A DNA stretch of 64,000 bases from NCBI GenBank assembly GCA_002269645.1, contig NIVC01000939.1, forward strand, positions 1 through 64,000, read 5' to 3'. Below, piece after piece: positions 44,701 to 56,700 of the stretch (its first letter is position 1; each line of letters begins with the position of its first letter). The stretch is from Macrostomum lignano (taxonomy: Eukaryota). The notes under the pieces are model-generated. The model was given only the letters and a program-made list of their open reading frames with translations, did not search any database and was not told where the DNA came from. The translations under genes were made by a program, and so were the position numbers.

Positions 44701-47700
44701 AGTTTGCAGCGCTGACATCTCAGGATCAGCGTCATGCCGGTTCTTTGTGCCGGTTTTTCTTAATAAAAGCTGTCATAGTCTACCATAGTCTATGGGCCAA
44801 AAAGTAGATGCTTTGACATTCTATATTTAGCTCGATATTCTCTACAGCTAGCGCTGCAGTTAAGTAAAGTTGGCCGTGGTTAGTACGATGAAACAGCAGA
44901 GAGACTTGTGTCACTCACAATGCGACCGCCTGGGCTCCAGTCCATCCAGCTGCGGTACTATTATAGAATGGGGGTTGCAATCCCCAAAAGTGCCAGCACT
45001 GTCCAGCGCATCCGATGCATTTTGATGTTTTCTTATTTATTCGCAAATAAATGAGTCGGTCTGTTTCCTATTTTACTTTTCAGGGAAGTTTCGAAGTCAT
45101 GGTCTCGGAATAAGGAACTCCAGCCAGGGTTCCATTCCAACACATGTCGCTGTAAGTCTCTGTTAGCCTAAAAACACTACACAAAAGGCTTTCGTAGTTT
45201 GTCTACTGATAAGTAGAAAGTATAGAGTATGGCGCGAAAGCTTGCATGGCGGACAAAGAAATGTCGCCATGCGAGAGTGCAAGTGTAGAATTAGAAGTTT
45301 GGTTGAGCCTAGCTGAAGAAGTCTAGAGTAGGGGTCAGCAAACTTCGGCCCGCGGCTCCCGAAGCCTCTCTGATGTATCCTCTCTCCTCTTCTCTCCTCT
45401 CTCCTCTTCTCTCCTCTCTACTCTTCTCTCCTCTCTCCTCTTCTCTCCTCTCTCCTCTTCTCTCCTCTCTCCTCTTCTCTCCTCTCTCCTCTTCTCTCCT
45501 CTCTCCTCTTCTCTCCTCTCTCCTCTTCTCTCCTCTCTCCTCTTCTCTCCTCTCTCCTCTTCTCTCCTCTCTCCTCTTCTCTCCTCTTTCCTCTTCTCTC
45601 CTCTCTCCTCTTCTCTCCTCTCTACTCTTCTCTCCTCTCTCCTCTTCTCTCCTCTTTCCTCTTCTCTCCTCTCTCCTCTTCTCTCCTCTCTACTCTTCTC
45701 TCCTCTCTCCTCTTCTCTCCTCTCTCCTCTTCTCTCCTCTTTCCTCTTCTCTCCTCTCTCCTCTTCTCTCCTCTCTACTCTTCTCTCCTCTCTTCTCTTC
45801 TCTCCTCTCTCCTCTTCTCTCCTCTCTCTTCTTCTCTCCTCTCTCCTCTTCTCTCCTCTCTACTCTTCTCTCCTCTCTCCTCTTCTCTCCTCTCTCCTCT
45901 TCTCTCCTCTTTCCTCTTCTCTCCTCTCTCCTCTTCTCTCCTCTCTACTCTTCTCTCCTCTCTTCTCTTCTCTCCTCTCTCCTCTTCTCTCCTCTCTCTT
46001 CTTCTCTCCTCTCTCCTCTTCTCTCCTCTCTCCTCTTCTCTCCTCTTTCCTCTTCTCTCCTCTCTCCTCTTCTCTCCTCTCTCCTCCTCTCTCCTCTTTC
46101 CTCTTCTCTCCTCTCTCCTCTTCTCTCCTCTCTCCTCTTCTCTCCTCTCTCCTCTTCTCTCCTCTCTCCTCTTCTCTCCTCTCTCCTCTTCTCTCCTCTC
46201 TCCTCTTCTCTCCTCTCACCTCTTCTTTCCTCTCTACTCTTCTCTCCTCTCTCCTCTTCTCTCCTCTTTCCTCTTCTCTCTTCTCTCCTCTCTCCTCTTC
46301 TCTCCTCTCTCCTCTTCTCTCCTCTCTCCTCTTCTCTCTTCTCACCTCTTCTTTTCTCCACTCTTCTCTCCTCTCTCCTCTTCTCTCCTCTCTCCTCTTC
46401 TCTCCTCTCTCCTCTTCTCTCCTCTCTCCTCTTCTTTCCTCTCTCCTCTTCTCTCCTCTCTCCTCTCCTCTCCTCTCTCCTCTTCTCTCCTCTCTCCTCT
46501 TCTCTCCTCTCTCCTCCTCTCTCCTCTCTCCTCTCCTCTCCTCTCACCTCTTCTTTTCTCTCTACTCTTCTCTCCTCTCTCCTCTTCTCTCCTCTCTCCT
46601 CTTCTCTCCTCTCTCCTCTTCTCTCCTCTCTCCTCTTCTTTCCTCTCTCCTCTTCTCTCCTCTCTCCTCTCCTCTCCTCTCTCCTCTTCTCTCCTCTCTC
46701 CTCTTCTCTCCTCTCTCCTCCTCTCTCCTCTCTCCTCCTCTCTCCTCTTTCCTCTTCTCTCCTCTTATCTCTTCTCTCCTCTTATCTCCTCTCTCCTCTT
46801 CTCTCCTCTCTCCTCTCTTCTCTTCTCTCCTCTTTTCTCCTCTTTCCTCTTCTCTCCTCTCTCCTCTTCTCTCCTCTCTCCTCTTCTCTCCTCTTTTCTC
46901 CTCTTTCCTCTTCTCTCCTCTTTCCTCTTCTCTCTTCTCTCCTCTCTCCTCTTTCCTCTTCTCTCCTCTCTCCTCTTCTCTCCACTCTCCTCTTCTCTCC
47001 TCTCTCCTCTTCTCTCCTCTCTCCTCTTCTCTCCTCTTCTCTCCTCTTCTCTCCTCTCTCCTCTTCTCTCCTCTCTCCTCTTTCCTCTTCTCTCCTCTCT
47101 CCTCTTCTCTCCTCTCTCCTCTTCTCTCCTCTCTCCTCTTCTCTCCTCTTCTCTCCTCTTCTCTCCTCTCTCCTCTTCTCTCCTCTCTCCTCTTCTCTCC
47201 TTTCTCGCCTGTCGTCTCTCCTGTCTTTTCTCATCTCTTATCTCCTCTTTCCTCTTCTGCCTCATCTATTTCTTATCCTTTTCTCTCTCATCTGGCCCGC
47301 AGCCACGAGATACGAGCTAGATCCTGTATTTGGCCCTGAAAGTAAAAAAAAGTTTGCCGACTCCAAGTCTAGAGGGACAGCAACCGGTCCTGCCAGGATC
47401 CCGGGGTTCGATTCCACTTTTGGCTAGCTGACAGCCAGTCAGCACGGCAGTGCCCAAAGCCTTTCTGTGAACCATGCCCAGTGCAGTGCCGTATGCTGTC
47501 ACTGGCGCATGACCAAAACACAGGCCCTGTCTTCTTTCTAGCTAAGTTACCGAACCTGTTTCTACTTTTTCTACAAACCTTCAGACCAGCCGTACTACCG
47601 GGGCTGCTTCTCCTGGTCTGAGATCAATGACAGACTGAATGGCGCGCACTTGAGGCTTGTGGACATCTCCGTGAAGGTGGTGAAGAGCTGCAGAACAAGA

Positions 47701-50700
47701 TGCTTCAAATTAAATTATCTTCTAGTAGCGATCAACTCCACCACCTGCTACTGCTTCACCCCGAACATCACTGGAGTTGCACCGGACACTCAAGACAACG
47801 CCAACGAAACCCTGCCATTCGTGCTTAGCGAGCAGAACCTGGAGCTCAGAAACTTGAAGTGCTTGAGCGAGTGCGCTGATTCGGAGTACTGCGGCGGAGC
47901 GGCCGGTTTCTTCTCTGTCTACGACTCGTTCGGTGAGTTGCACTGCTTGGCACCAGCACCATTCGCTTCTGTGCGGGTGAAAAATGTAGACAAACAGACG
48001 AAACCCGGCTCTCAATATGTTTCTTGTTGCTTGGAAGCCATCATGTAGAAACAAACACTTCAATTGAGTTTTCCCTTGATAAGTTCCAGGCTGCAGAGAG
48101 CGAGACGATAAAAAAATACGCATTTTAAGCACCAAAGATCCAACTCATTCCAACCACCAGAGATCCAGCCCAACCCCAACCTCCAGAGATCCAGCCCAAC
48201 CCCAACCACCAGAGATCCAGCCCAAACCAAACCACCAGAGATCCAGCCCAAACCAAACCACCAGAGATCCAGCCCAACCCAAACCACCAGAGATCCAGCC
48301 CAACCCAAACCACCAGAGATCCAGCCCAACCCCAACCACCAGAGATCCAGCCCAACCCCAACCACCAGAGATCCAGCCCAAACCAAACCACCAGAGATCC
48401 AGCCCAAACCAAACCACCAGAGATCCAGCCCAAACCAAACCACCAGAGATCCAGCCCAACCCAAACCACCAGAGATCCAGCCCAACCCCAACCTCCAGAG
48501 ATCCAGCCCAACCCAAACCACCAGAGATCCAGCCCAACCCCAACCTCCAGAGATCCAGCCCAACCCCAACCTCCAGAGATCCAGCCAACCCCAACCTCCA
48601 GAGATCCAGCCAACCCCAACCTCCAGAGATCCAATCCATCCATGATCACTCAAGGCAATTGCTGAACGACCCTTCACGTAGCGCAGGACGGTGAATAAGG
48701 TGATAGGGTTATAAGGTGATAAGGTAAATAAGGTTAGGGATAAGGTGAAAGGCCTAAATCAGCCCTCCGAGACAAAAGCACCTAAACAAGTATATTTCTA
48801 GAATTCCTTGTACAGAGCGACCAGGGGCTGAACATATAATGAAAAAAACTATATTCCTTTTTGATTTGATTGCAGACGGTTGCTACAAGATCGATCATAT
48901 TCCCATAGAAAAAATTGCCAGTGAAGTTCCCATGGCCCTTCTGAGCTCAGCTGCCTGCAAAGCTTATTGCAAGGGCGTGCCGGACAGCAAGTACGCGGCG
49001 GTGCGCAACACAACTTGCACTTGTTTAAATGATGTCATCAATTCAGCGGAATTCGAGATCAGCTCGGCCTGCGACATTGAGTGCCGGGCGTCCAACGAGT
49101 CCTGCGGCGGCAGCAACAGCAGCTACAATGTCTTCACGCTGGCCACACAAGTGCAGAAGTACAGCTCCTGCAGTGAGTACCGAACTGGCGCCGACATCTA
49201 CGAGAGCAACTTCTACCTGCTGTCTGGGACGCTGAATGCCTCGACTCCTCGTGTCAACGGTACTCTGGCATTCTGCAGCATGATAGGTCTCTGCCATGAT
49301 TGAATAGTCATACTATTGGGACAGAAGCATACGGATTCAATGCTTGAACCATTTCAGACGGCACCCCCTGCAGTCCGGGCTGGTTCGGCTACCGCGGCTC
49401 CTGCTACGCGCCCTACCTGCGCAGCACCGACATGCTGACCTGGGCCGACTCCGCCGAGCTCTGCGCCCGTCAGAACTCCGTTCTGTGGTCGCCAGCCGCG
49501 GACGCCTCCGATTTGGACGTCATGGAGACGACCTTCTTCAAGTGTAGGCCGTGTGAATTTCGATTTATTATCATCTCCGTATATATGATTGTAAATATAG
49601 GAAACGGCCCTCATTTTATACTGATAACAGACCACAAGTACTACTTCCGTGACTTTCCGTTTATGAACATCGGCGTGCAGAGCTGGCTGCCCACGGTGCC
49701 GCAACTTCTGGATGGCAGCGTCATGTCAGTCGAAGGCAACTTTGAAAGCTTTTTAGACTTAGATAGCGCCGATGGGCTGGTGAACAAACAGTGCTTTTAC
49801 TTCGGTGTGGAGGAGAGCAAACAATCGCTGATCTACGGTGAAAAACTCGCCTTTCCTTATCGCTCCTACCGCGCCGGTTGCACCGACTCCACGGCTAGGA
49901 AGTTCTTCTGTGTAAAGCGTAAGATCACGGCAGATATGCACTTTACATGTATCATTGCTTTCGCTGTTCCGGTTGGCCCAGCGGTTCGAAACTTCAGCCC
50001 CATGTGAAAGCATTTGAGTTCTTACTGGCAGAAGCTAAAATCTGCTGGGGTTGCCATTCCTGCAGAGATCCGTACATTAGTAGATATACTAGATACTTTA
50101 TTGTTGTCAATTGATGCACTGGTGCGACTTCCATGTAATCTGTTTCTAGGCTGAAACGACCATCAATTAGCACTATAAGGTTCTTTAAAGGCGAGAACTT
50201 TAATTTTCAGGGAGCCACCACCGGGGCTGCCACAAGTACAGCAGCAGCCTGGCCAACCAGCTCAAGCAGCCCGACAACACATTCAGCTTGCGCACCGGGA
50301 CTCTGCAGGAGTGCCTCAGAACCTGCACCCACCGACTGGCTGACTCGGCGATTGTCGAAGGCGCCTCCTGCACCTGCCTGAGCGACGACGAAATGCTGGA
50401 GAGTTTCCAGCCAATCACAGACCCAGCCGAGATCCAGGCCAACTGCATGAGGCCGTGCGGCACGGGCTCGTTTCAGTACTGCGCTGGGGCCAGCAGTGGC
50501 GGCTACACCTATGTGTACATCATGATGAGTGAGAATGATGGAATTCTTTTAATATTTTATAGGCACTTTTAAACATGACGAGTTATTTTCAATTGCTTTC
50601 TCACAAAAACTTCAGTAAAATCGTGGCATTTAGCCGCGCAAATTCAAAATAACATGCCGGTTTTTCCGGGCGAGAGCGGCAGCACCACAGTGAGCAAGAT

Positions 50701-53700
50701 CATGTACCCCGACACCAACTTTGTAAAGAACTGGACCCAGTATTCTGTCGGAGGCAATTTTAGCTCTGTTAACGACGATGGGGACAATCGCTTGTACGGT
50801 GCACAAAGCCCGCTAGTCCTGTTACCATGGCAACCATTAAAGCTGCTTAACCGACCGAGGCTGAACACTCGAGACGATGTCAACGTAAACTACGTCAACA
50901 AAGCCTGGCTGTGGCTAAACGCTCATTCTGTCACAGATCTGATCAACCTGACATTTTTCAAATCTGATGGAAATGTCGACTGGCTGCTTTTTAACGTGAC
51001 GGGGAGAACGAGGCAGACCGTAAGGTTTCAGCATGATCTGGTTGTCAACACGTCTTTCGGTGTTTTTGACACTTCGGCACTTCACTTGGCGCCATGGGAT
51101 GCGTGAGTGTTGAAGTCATATCGCATTGAGAGACAAACATATTGTGCCTGGCTGATAGGCTGCAAGCAGAATTTTTTGATTTTTAAACATGCTTTTAAAT
51201 TCATTCATTTCTTGATCGTAAATAGCGTAGAGGTGAACTAAATGGTTCTAGTAGTTCCATGCTCATTCTGTAAAAATTTACTATTTTAGAACCCGCGAGC
51301 ATTCCGTGCTGATGATGTATCAAGAAACAGCTGGATCTTCAAGTTGCGGAAGCATGACAGTCACAGACAAGTTGGCTTACTTTACGATTCTCGACACCTC
51401 ATGGACATGCGTTCCAAACACTCCCGTGATTCACTCGACATTCACCGATCCCAAGTCTCTGTACAAATTTACTGGAGACACAGGAGTCTCGAGCATGGCT
51501 GTGTGGACAAATACCTACTTGAACAGCGGTCCCAAGCTGTGGCTTTCGAAATCCAGTTGCGCAGAAGCCAACATACTGAAGTTCAACACCACGAAAGTGG
51601 CCGTTCACGTGCCGACGAATAACAGCTACCGAATCAGCACAGAAGATTGTTCTGGTTGTGTCAACCAATCCGAGCCGTTCTGGCTGTCCGAAAACGCCAG
51701 CTGCAATCAGGGCTGGCTGCAGGTGAACGGTACCTGCTACCTGCTGACTGCCATGGCCACCACCTACGACGAGGCCAGGCTGTTCTGCAACTACTTCAAC
51801 GCGACACTGGCGGTGCCGCACAGCTCCGAGACAGTCGAGGCGGTTCACGCAGCGTCCAGAAGTTTCTACGCATTCACCAGGCTAGGACTCGCCCAGCCGA
51901 ACGAAGGCTGGGGATTTTGGGTCGGGCTGGCCGACCGGACGGCCACCAACCAGCTGGACACTCCGGACGGTTCGTCCGCTTCGTTTGCGCCGATCCTGTG
52001 CGGCCTGCAGGCGGAGCAGCTGAAGTTCCGCAACTTTGGCAGCACCGTGAACTGCTTCGAGGTGTTCACATCAACATCGACTAACAAGTCGTCGCACCTG
52101 GCTACAAACGGCGTGTGTTCCAGCTACACAGCGACTATAGGATACAAAATCTCGGCAGCGGGGTTTCCTACTCACAACGCCTACCGGATGCAGCAATGCG
52201 ATAAGCGCCTAGCAGGCGCATTCTGCGAGAAACCACTCAGTCCAGGTGAGAGGATGCGGTAAAAGTAGGCTATGAAAGTAAAAAACGTTAAATATTTTCC
52301 AACTACGAGTAATTTTTTTCATTCGGTGTAGAATTTTAGCTTTCTAAAAGCTTTTTCCTAACTTGATGATTCCATAGCGAGATACCAGTTCCCTGGCTTC
52401 ATTCACCCTTGTACTGACATTTTCAGTGCTGCTGGGCTGCTTTCGACTGTCAATCTCCAACTTAAATCAGATGCAGTTGGACCCCTGGCTGCACCTGCGC
52501 CAGTGTCTAGCCGCTTGTCTATCTCGAACTCGCGAGTTCGCGGCCCTGAGTCCCGATCGATGCTACTGCGCAAGCCGAGTCGAGTTATTTCAAGGAAGCA
52601 ACTTTCAGCGGCTGTCAAGCAGTGAGTGCTCGAAGACTTGCAAGGGGAATCAGTACCAAACCTGCGGTGGGGTATCTGCGGACATCGTCTCCGTGTACCG
52701 AGTTGGTGAGTAGCCCATTCACGAGACCAAATTTACTGTTATTTGTTAGCCTTAAATACGAATTACATGTAGGTAAAATCTATTATTGTTTTTTTAGATC
52801 CACAGTTGCAAGACATAACCGGAACTTCCTGTTTCGACATCTTCAAGAAAGGATTCTACCTCTCCGACTACTACCTGATCAACAATGAGAGGCAGTATTG
52901 CCACCTGGCTGGTTAGTCAAATAGCTCTTCAATAGCCGTTTTCAAGTATCTTTTTTGATCTGCGATCACCAACAAGAGCCCATCCCAACCCATGAACTGG
53001 CAGACAACTCATCCAGCCAGTGCGGCAACGGCAGCTTCGCATTCAATGGCTCTTGCTTTACCTTTCACAATCGCCCGGCTACGTTTGAGACGGCAAGCCA
53101 GAGCTGCGCCTCCTCGGGCGGACTGCTAGCCAGTTTTGCTACTAAGGAGCGACTGGAGTTTTTAAAGATGACTCTCTCAAGTAGGTTGCTTTAGTGCTTT
53201 GTGGAAATCTTTCATCTTCGGGAATTACAGTACAAGTATGGTTTTTCAAAAAGTTTTCAAAAAAGGTCGCCATCATAGCCGCGCAGCGGCAGAAGCGCGC
53301 CATAAGAGTACACGTTTTGACTTCGGTAGAAACTGCTCAGCATTGACATTATCGCGCAATCAAATGCTTGGCAGAAGCAGTATATGCTCATTCAAGTTGC
53401 TTATTCGCCTTTCACAAAGTACTTGATTGCTCTGTATTTGTACATAGTAGAAAACTTATAGTAAAAGGCTTTGGAAATGAGACCTTTGAGTTTATATACC
53501 GACAAAACAAAAAAGAGTCACGACAAAACAAACAGATGTGCACTCGCTGACGAACTCATCCAACTGGTGGCTCGGCTTCACCGACTCAAAGCAGCTCAAG
53601 ATCCCCACGTGGCTCAACGGACACATCTACTCGGACAGCCAGCTGTTCCCCCATGCTCGGACATTCCTGTTCAATCGCGGCTTGAAATTCTCAATAAAAA

Positions 53701-56700
53701 ATGCGTCTGTCTTGGGCAACTCGACTGGCGACCCCCTGAATGCCGCTACCCTCGCCACCTACGTCTGCGAGACCGCCGAGAAGGACCCGGGCTGCCTGAA
53801 GATGGTCAGCCTTGCAAACTTCACGCACCGGTCCAGCTTCATGAGCCTATCAATGTGCCGCTACCTCTGCTTCTCGGCTGGCTTTGCCTACTCAGCCGTG
53901 ATGCAGCAGAACTGCTCCTGCCTCAGCAGCCTCTCCGCGGCTGAGTACGGCATTGAGGACATCAGGCCGCTGGACTACTGCAATGCGCGGTGTCCGGGAA
54001 ATCCCGACCAGTTCTGCGGCCGGTCAGCTGAGCCATACTTCTCCGTGCACAGCGCAGGTCTGTGTAGAATTTCATTTATACCGTACGTCGAAAACTGGGA
54101 AATGTCTTCTTTGTATTCTGAAATTTTAGAAAACCTGCCTCCCGCCGAGAACTGCTCAGTTCTGTACGCCAACGATATTCACTATCAGTTTCGGTACAAA
54201 CTCTTCAACACCAGCGGCCACAACTACTACTTCATGAACTGCGGCTTCACGGGTATGAACTAATGAAATTATTGCCACGCCAACTTATGAGTTTTCAGAG
54301 AGTTCGAATCTATATCTTGAAAACTATAACTTCCAGACCAGACTGCCTGCTCTGACGGCTGGTACGGCTTCAAGGGCAGCTGCTACCGAACGTTCAACGA
54401 GTCCCTGACTGAGGCGGCGGCCAGCCAGGCCTGTGCGCGGAACAACAGCTTCCTGGTGACTTTCCCGAGCAGCGAGTACTACGAGTTCGTGAAGAGCCTG
54501 ACCACGCTGCTGCCGTACCACGCCAAGTTTCCCAACTGGCTGCTGGGCTACGCAAAGCTGGACGGCTCTCAGGCGCAGTCGCCCGGCATCAGCGCGGTTG
54601 GCGACTTCGCAATGTACACCGGCCGGCCGGGCAGTGCCGGACAGAGCGCCTACTGGAAATCTGCACAATTCTTCATGCGCAACGGGTCGGTGGTCTTTGA
54701 ACCAGCCGCCACTGAATTCGCGCCCGTCTGCATCAGCAGCTCAAGTCAGTTCAGGCGTTGAATTTCATATTTATCACCATTAACGTGCTTTTTGAAGTTT
54801 ATTAGTATCTACTGGAAGTTTTACAAATAAACTTCAGTCATTTTTATACACAACTTTTACCAGATTTTGCTGCCTGCGGCCCGGCCTCGAACAGTTCGAT
54901 GTCGATGCCTCTACCAAGCGAGCAGTACCAGATCCCGCAGCAGTGCCTGCAGCTGTGCCGCTCAGCTGGTCTGCCATATGCCGGCCTGCTGCCTGGGAAC
55001 TGCAGCTGCAGCGGTGCGCTTTCAAATTCCGCTACGGATAGAACTCTGTCTGACTGCTACGTGCAGCAGTGCAGCCATGTGAAGTTTTCCAACTGCGGTT
55101 TCAACAATACCAACTGGGCCTGGTACCGGACGAGTAAGCATTGTTTAACCATCGCTCTAATTCTGTCTTATTTATAGCAAACTTTTGGGCAGCGGAATTT
55201 ATAATAATTAATCTGCCGTTAACTCTGCTTTTTCGCCGACAGATGTTTCACAGTTCCGAATCGCTTCATCCTGCCGGGACTTGCAGGGCATGCTTTTTAT
55301 GCAGCCCAAATCCCACAGCCTGCAAATCAAAGACACTCTGGAGATCTATACTGCTGACTGCTTTTCAGAAAGGTGCGTTTTTATAGTCAGTTGCTAAATA
55401 CCTTATTGCTTATAAGCCCAATCCAAGAATTCCCTTTTAGTATAAGCTACGAAGTCATCCGTGTGTCTGGAACTGAAGCCAGCGTTGAATTTAACCAGTC
55501 AACGATTGTATCTGGATATATTATGAAAGGTTTGTTTTTGCTTCGACAGATTAGTGGTTCCATGTTTTTTCTCACTGGTAGTACTATTATATGATTGCCT
55601 AAAAAATGCTTTTTCGTAGAAGACGACGTCTTCAAGACATTCAAGTACAGCTACAACAACGCTGAGCTTCATTGCAGCGCTTTAGCAAACAATTTTGGAA
55701 ATGAAGTGAGCATCCTGTAGAAACACTTTAGAACAGAACTTTCCAGTGCTTGATAAGTTTGACACAGGTCACTAGAATCTTGAGAACCTGAACTCCGGCC
55801 AACCAAACCAAAACTATTTCAGCGGTACCCTGGTTTTGGCGCATTCTTCACCCCCAAGACGGTGCTGTTCCAGCGGCCTGTGCTGACCAACAACTTCAGG
55901 CTGGTGACAGCTTATTCTGGCTGGCAGTTCAGCTCCAAGCTGCAGTTGAGGCTGATGGCTCAGCCCTACAGCTCGTTCAACGGTTGGTTGAGGAGTTATT
56001 TTAGTCGGATAGATTAAATGCATCGATGCCCTTTGAGTTCAGATTCTCAATAAACAAAACTAGCAACCATATAGGGTATCGAGTGACCTATACCGAGTGA
56101 CTAATAGCAGATAAATATTGAAATCAACAGTGACTGAAGTGTTCTGAAACTCGAATTACTTGTGTTTCTTGTCTCACTGTGTCTCCTATTCCAGTGAGCA
56201 ACTCCTACTTGGGCTGCTACTACCTGCAGTCCGGCCTAACAGCTGCTGATTCGATAATGCCGCACTGGTCTGAGGCGGCCTCTCAAAACGAGTCGGCCTG
56301 CACTAAAGCTTGCAGATCGTGGGGCCTGCCGTACGCCATGTTTCAAATGAAGACGATATCGGGTGAGTCTTTGAGATGGGAATGTGCGGATAAGTAGCTG
56401 TTAAAGTTGAAACTTTGTTGGGTGAGTCTTGAATGTAGAATACAGGAAAATTGTAAGCTAAGGAATTTTATAATTTCAGACAAAGAATCGCAGAATTTGG
56501 CCTACTGCGGATCCAGACACTGGCACTTCAGCCAGCAACTGGGCGGCTGCGTGGCAATCCACAAGAACATCAAGTTCAGGCCAGCCAGTGTGCTGCTGGC
56601 TGACTTCCATCCGGGCAAGCTCGCTACCGAGGCGGCGTCTCTGTGCGGGGAGATCGGAGGCTCCGTGTTGGTGCACAACGACTCAAAGCTGCCCGTCTGG

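Noticed and set aside
45373-47427. 684-aa LSSL ORF and antisense Glu/Arg-rich ORFs
   Set aside because: Translation of a CT satellite inside a hAT element within an intron.
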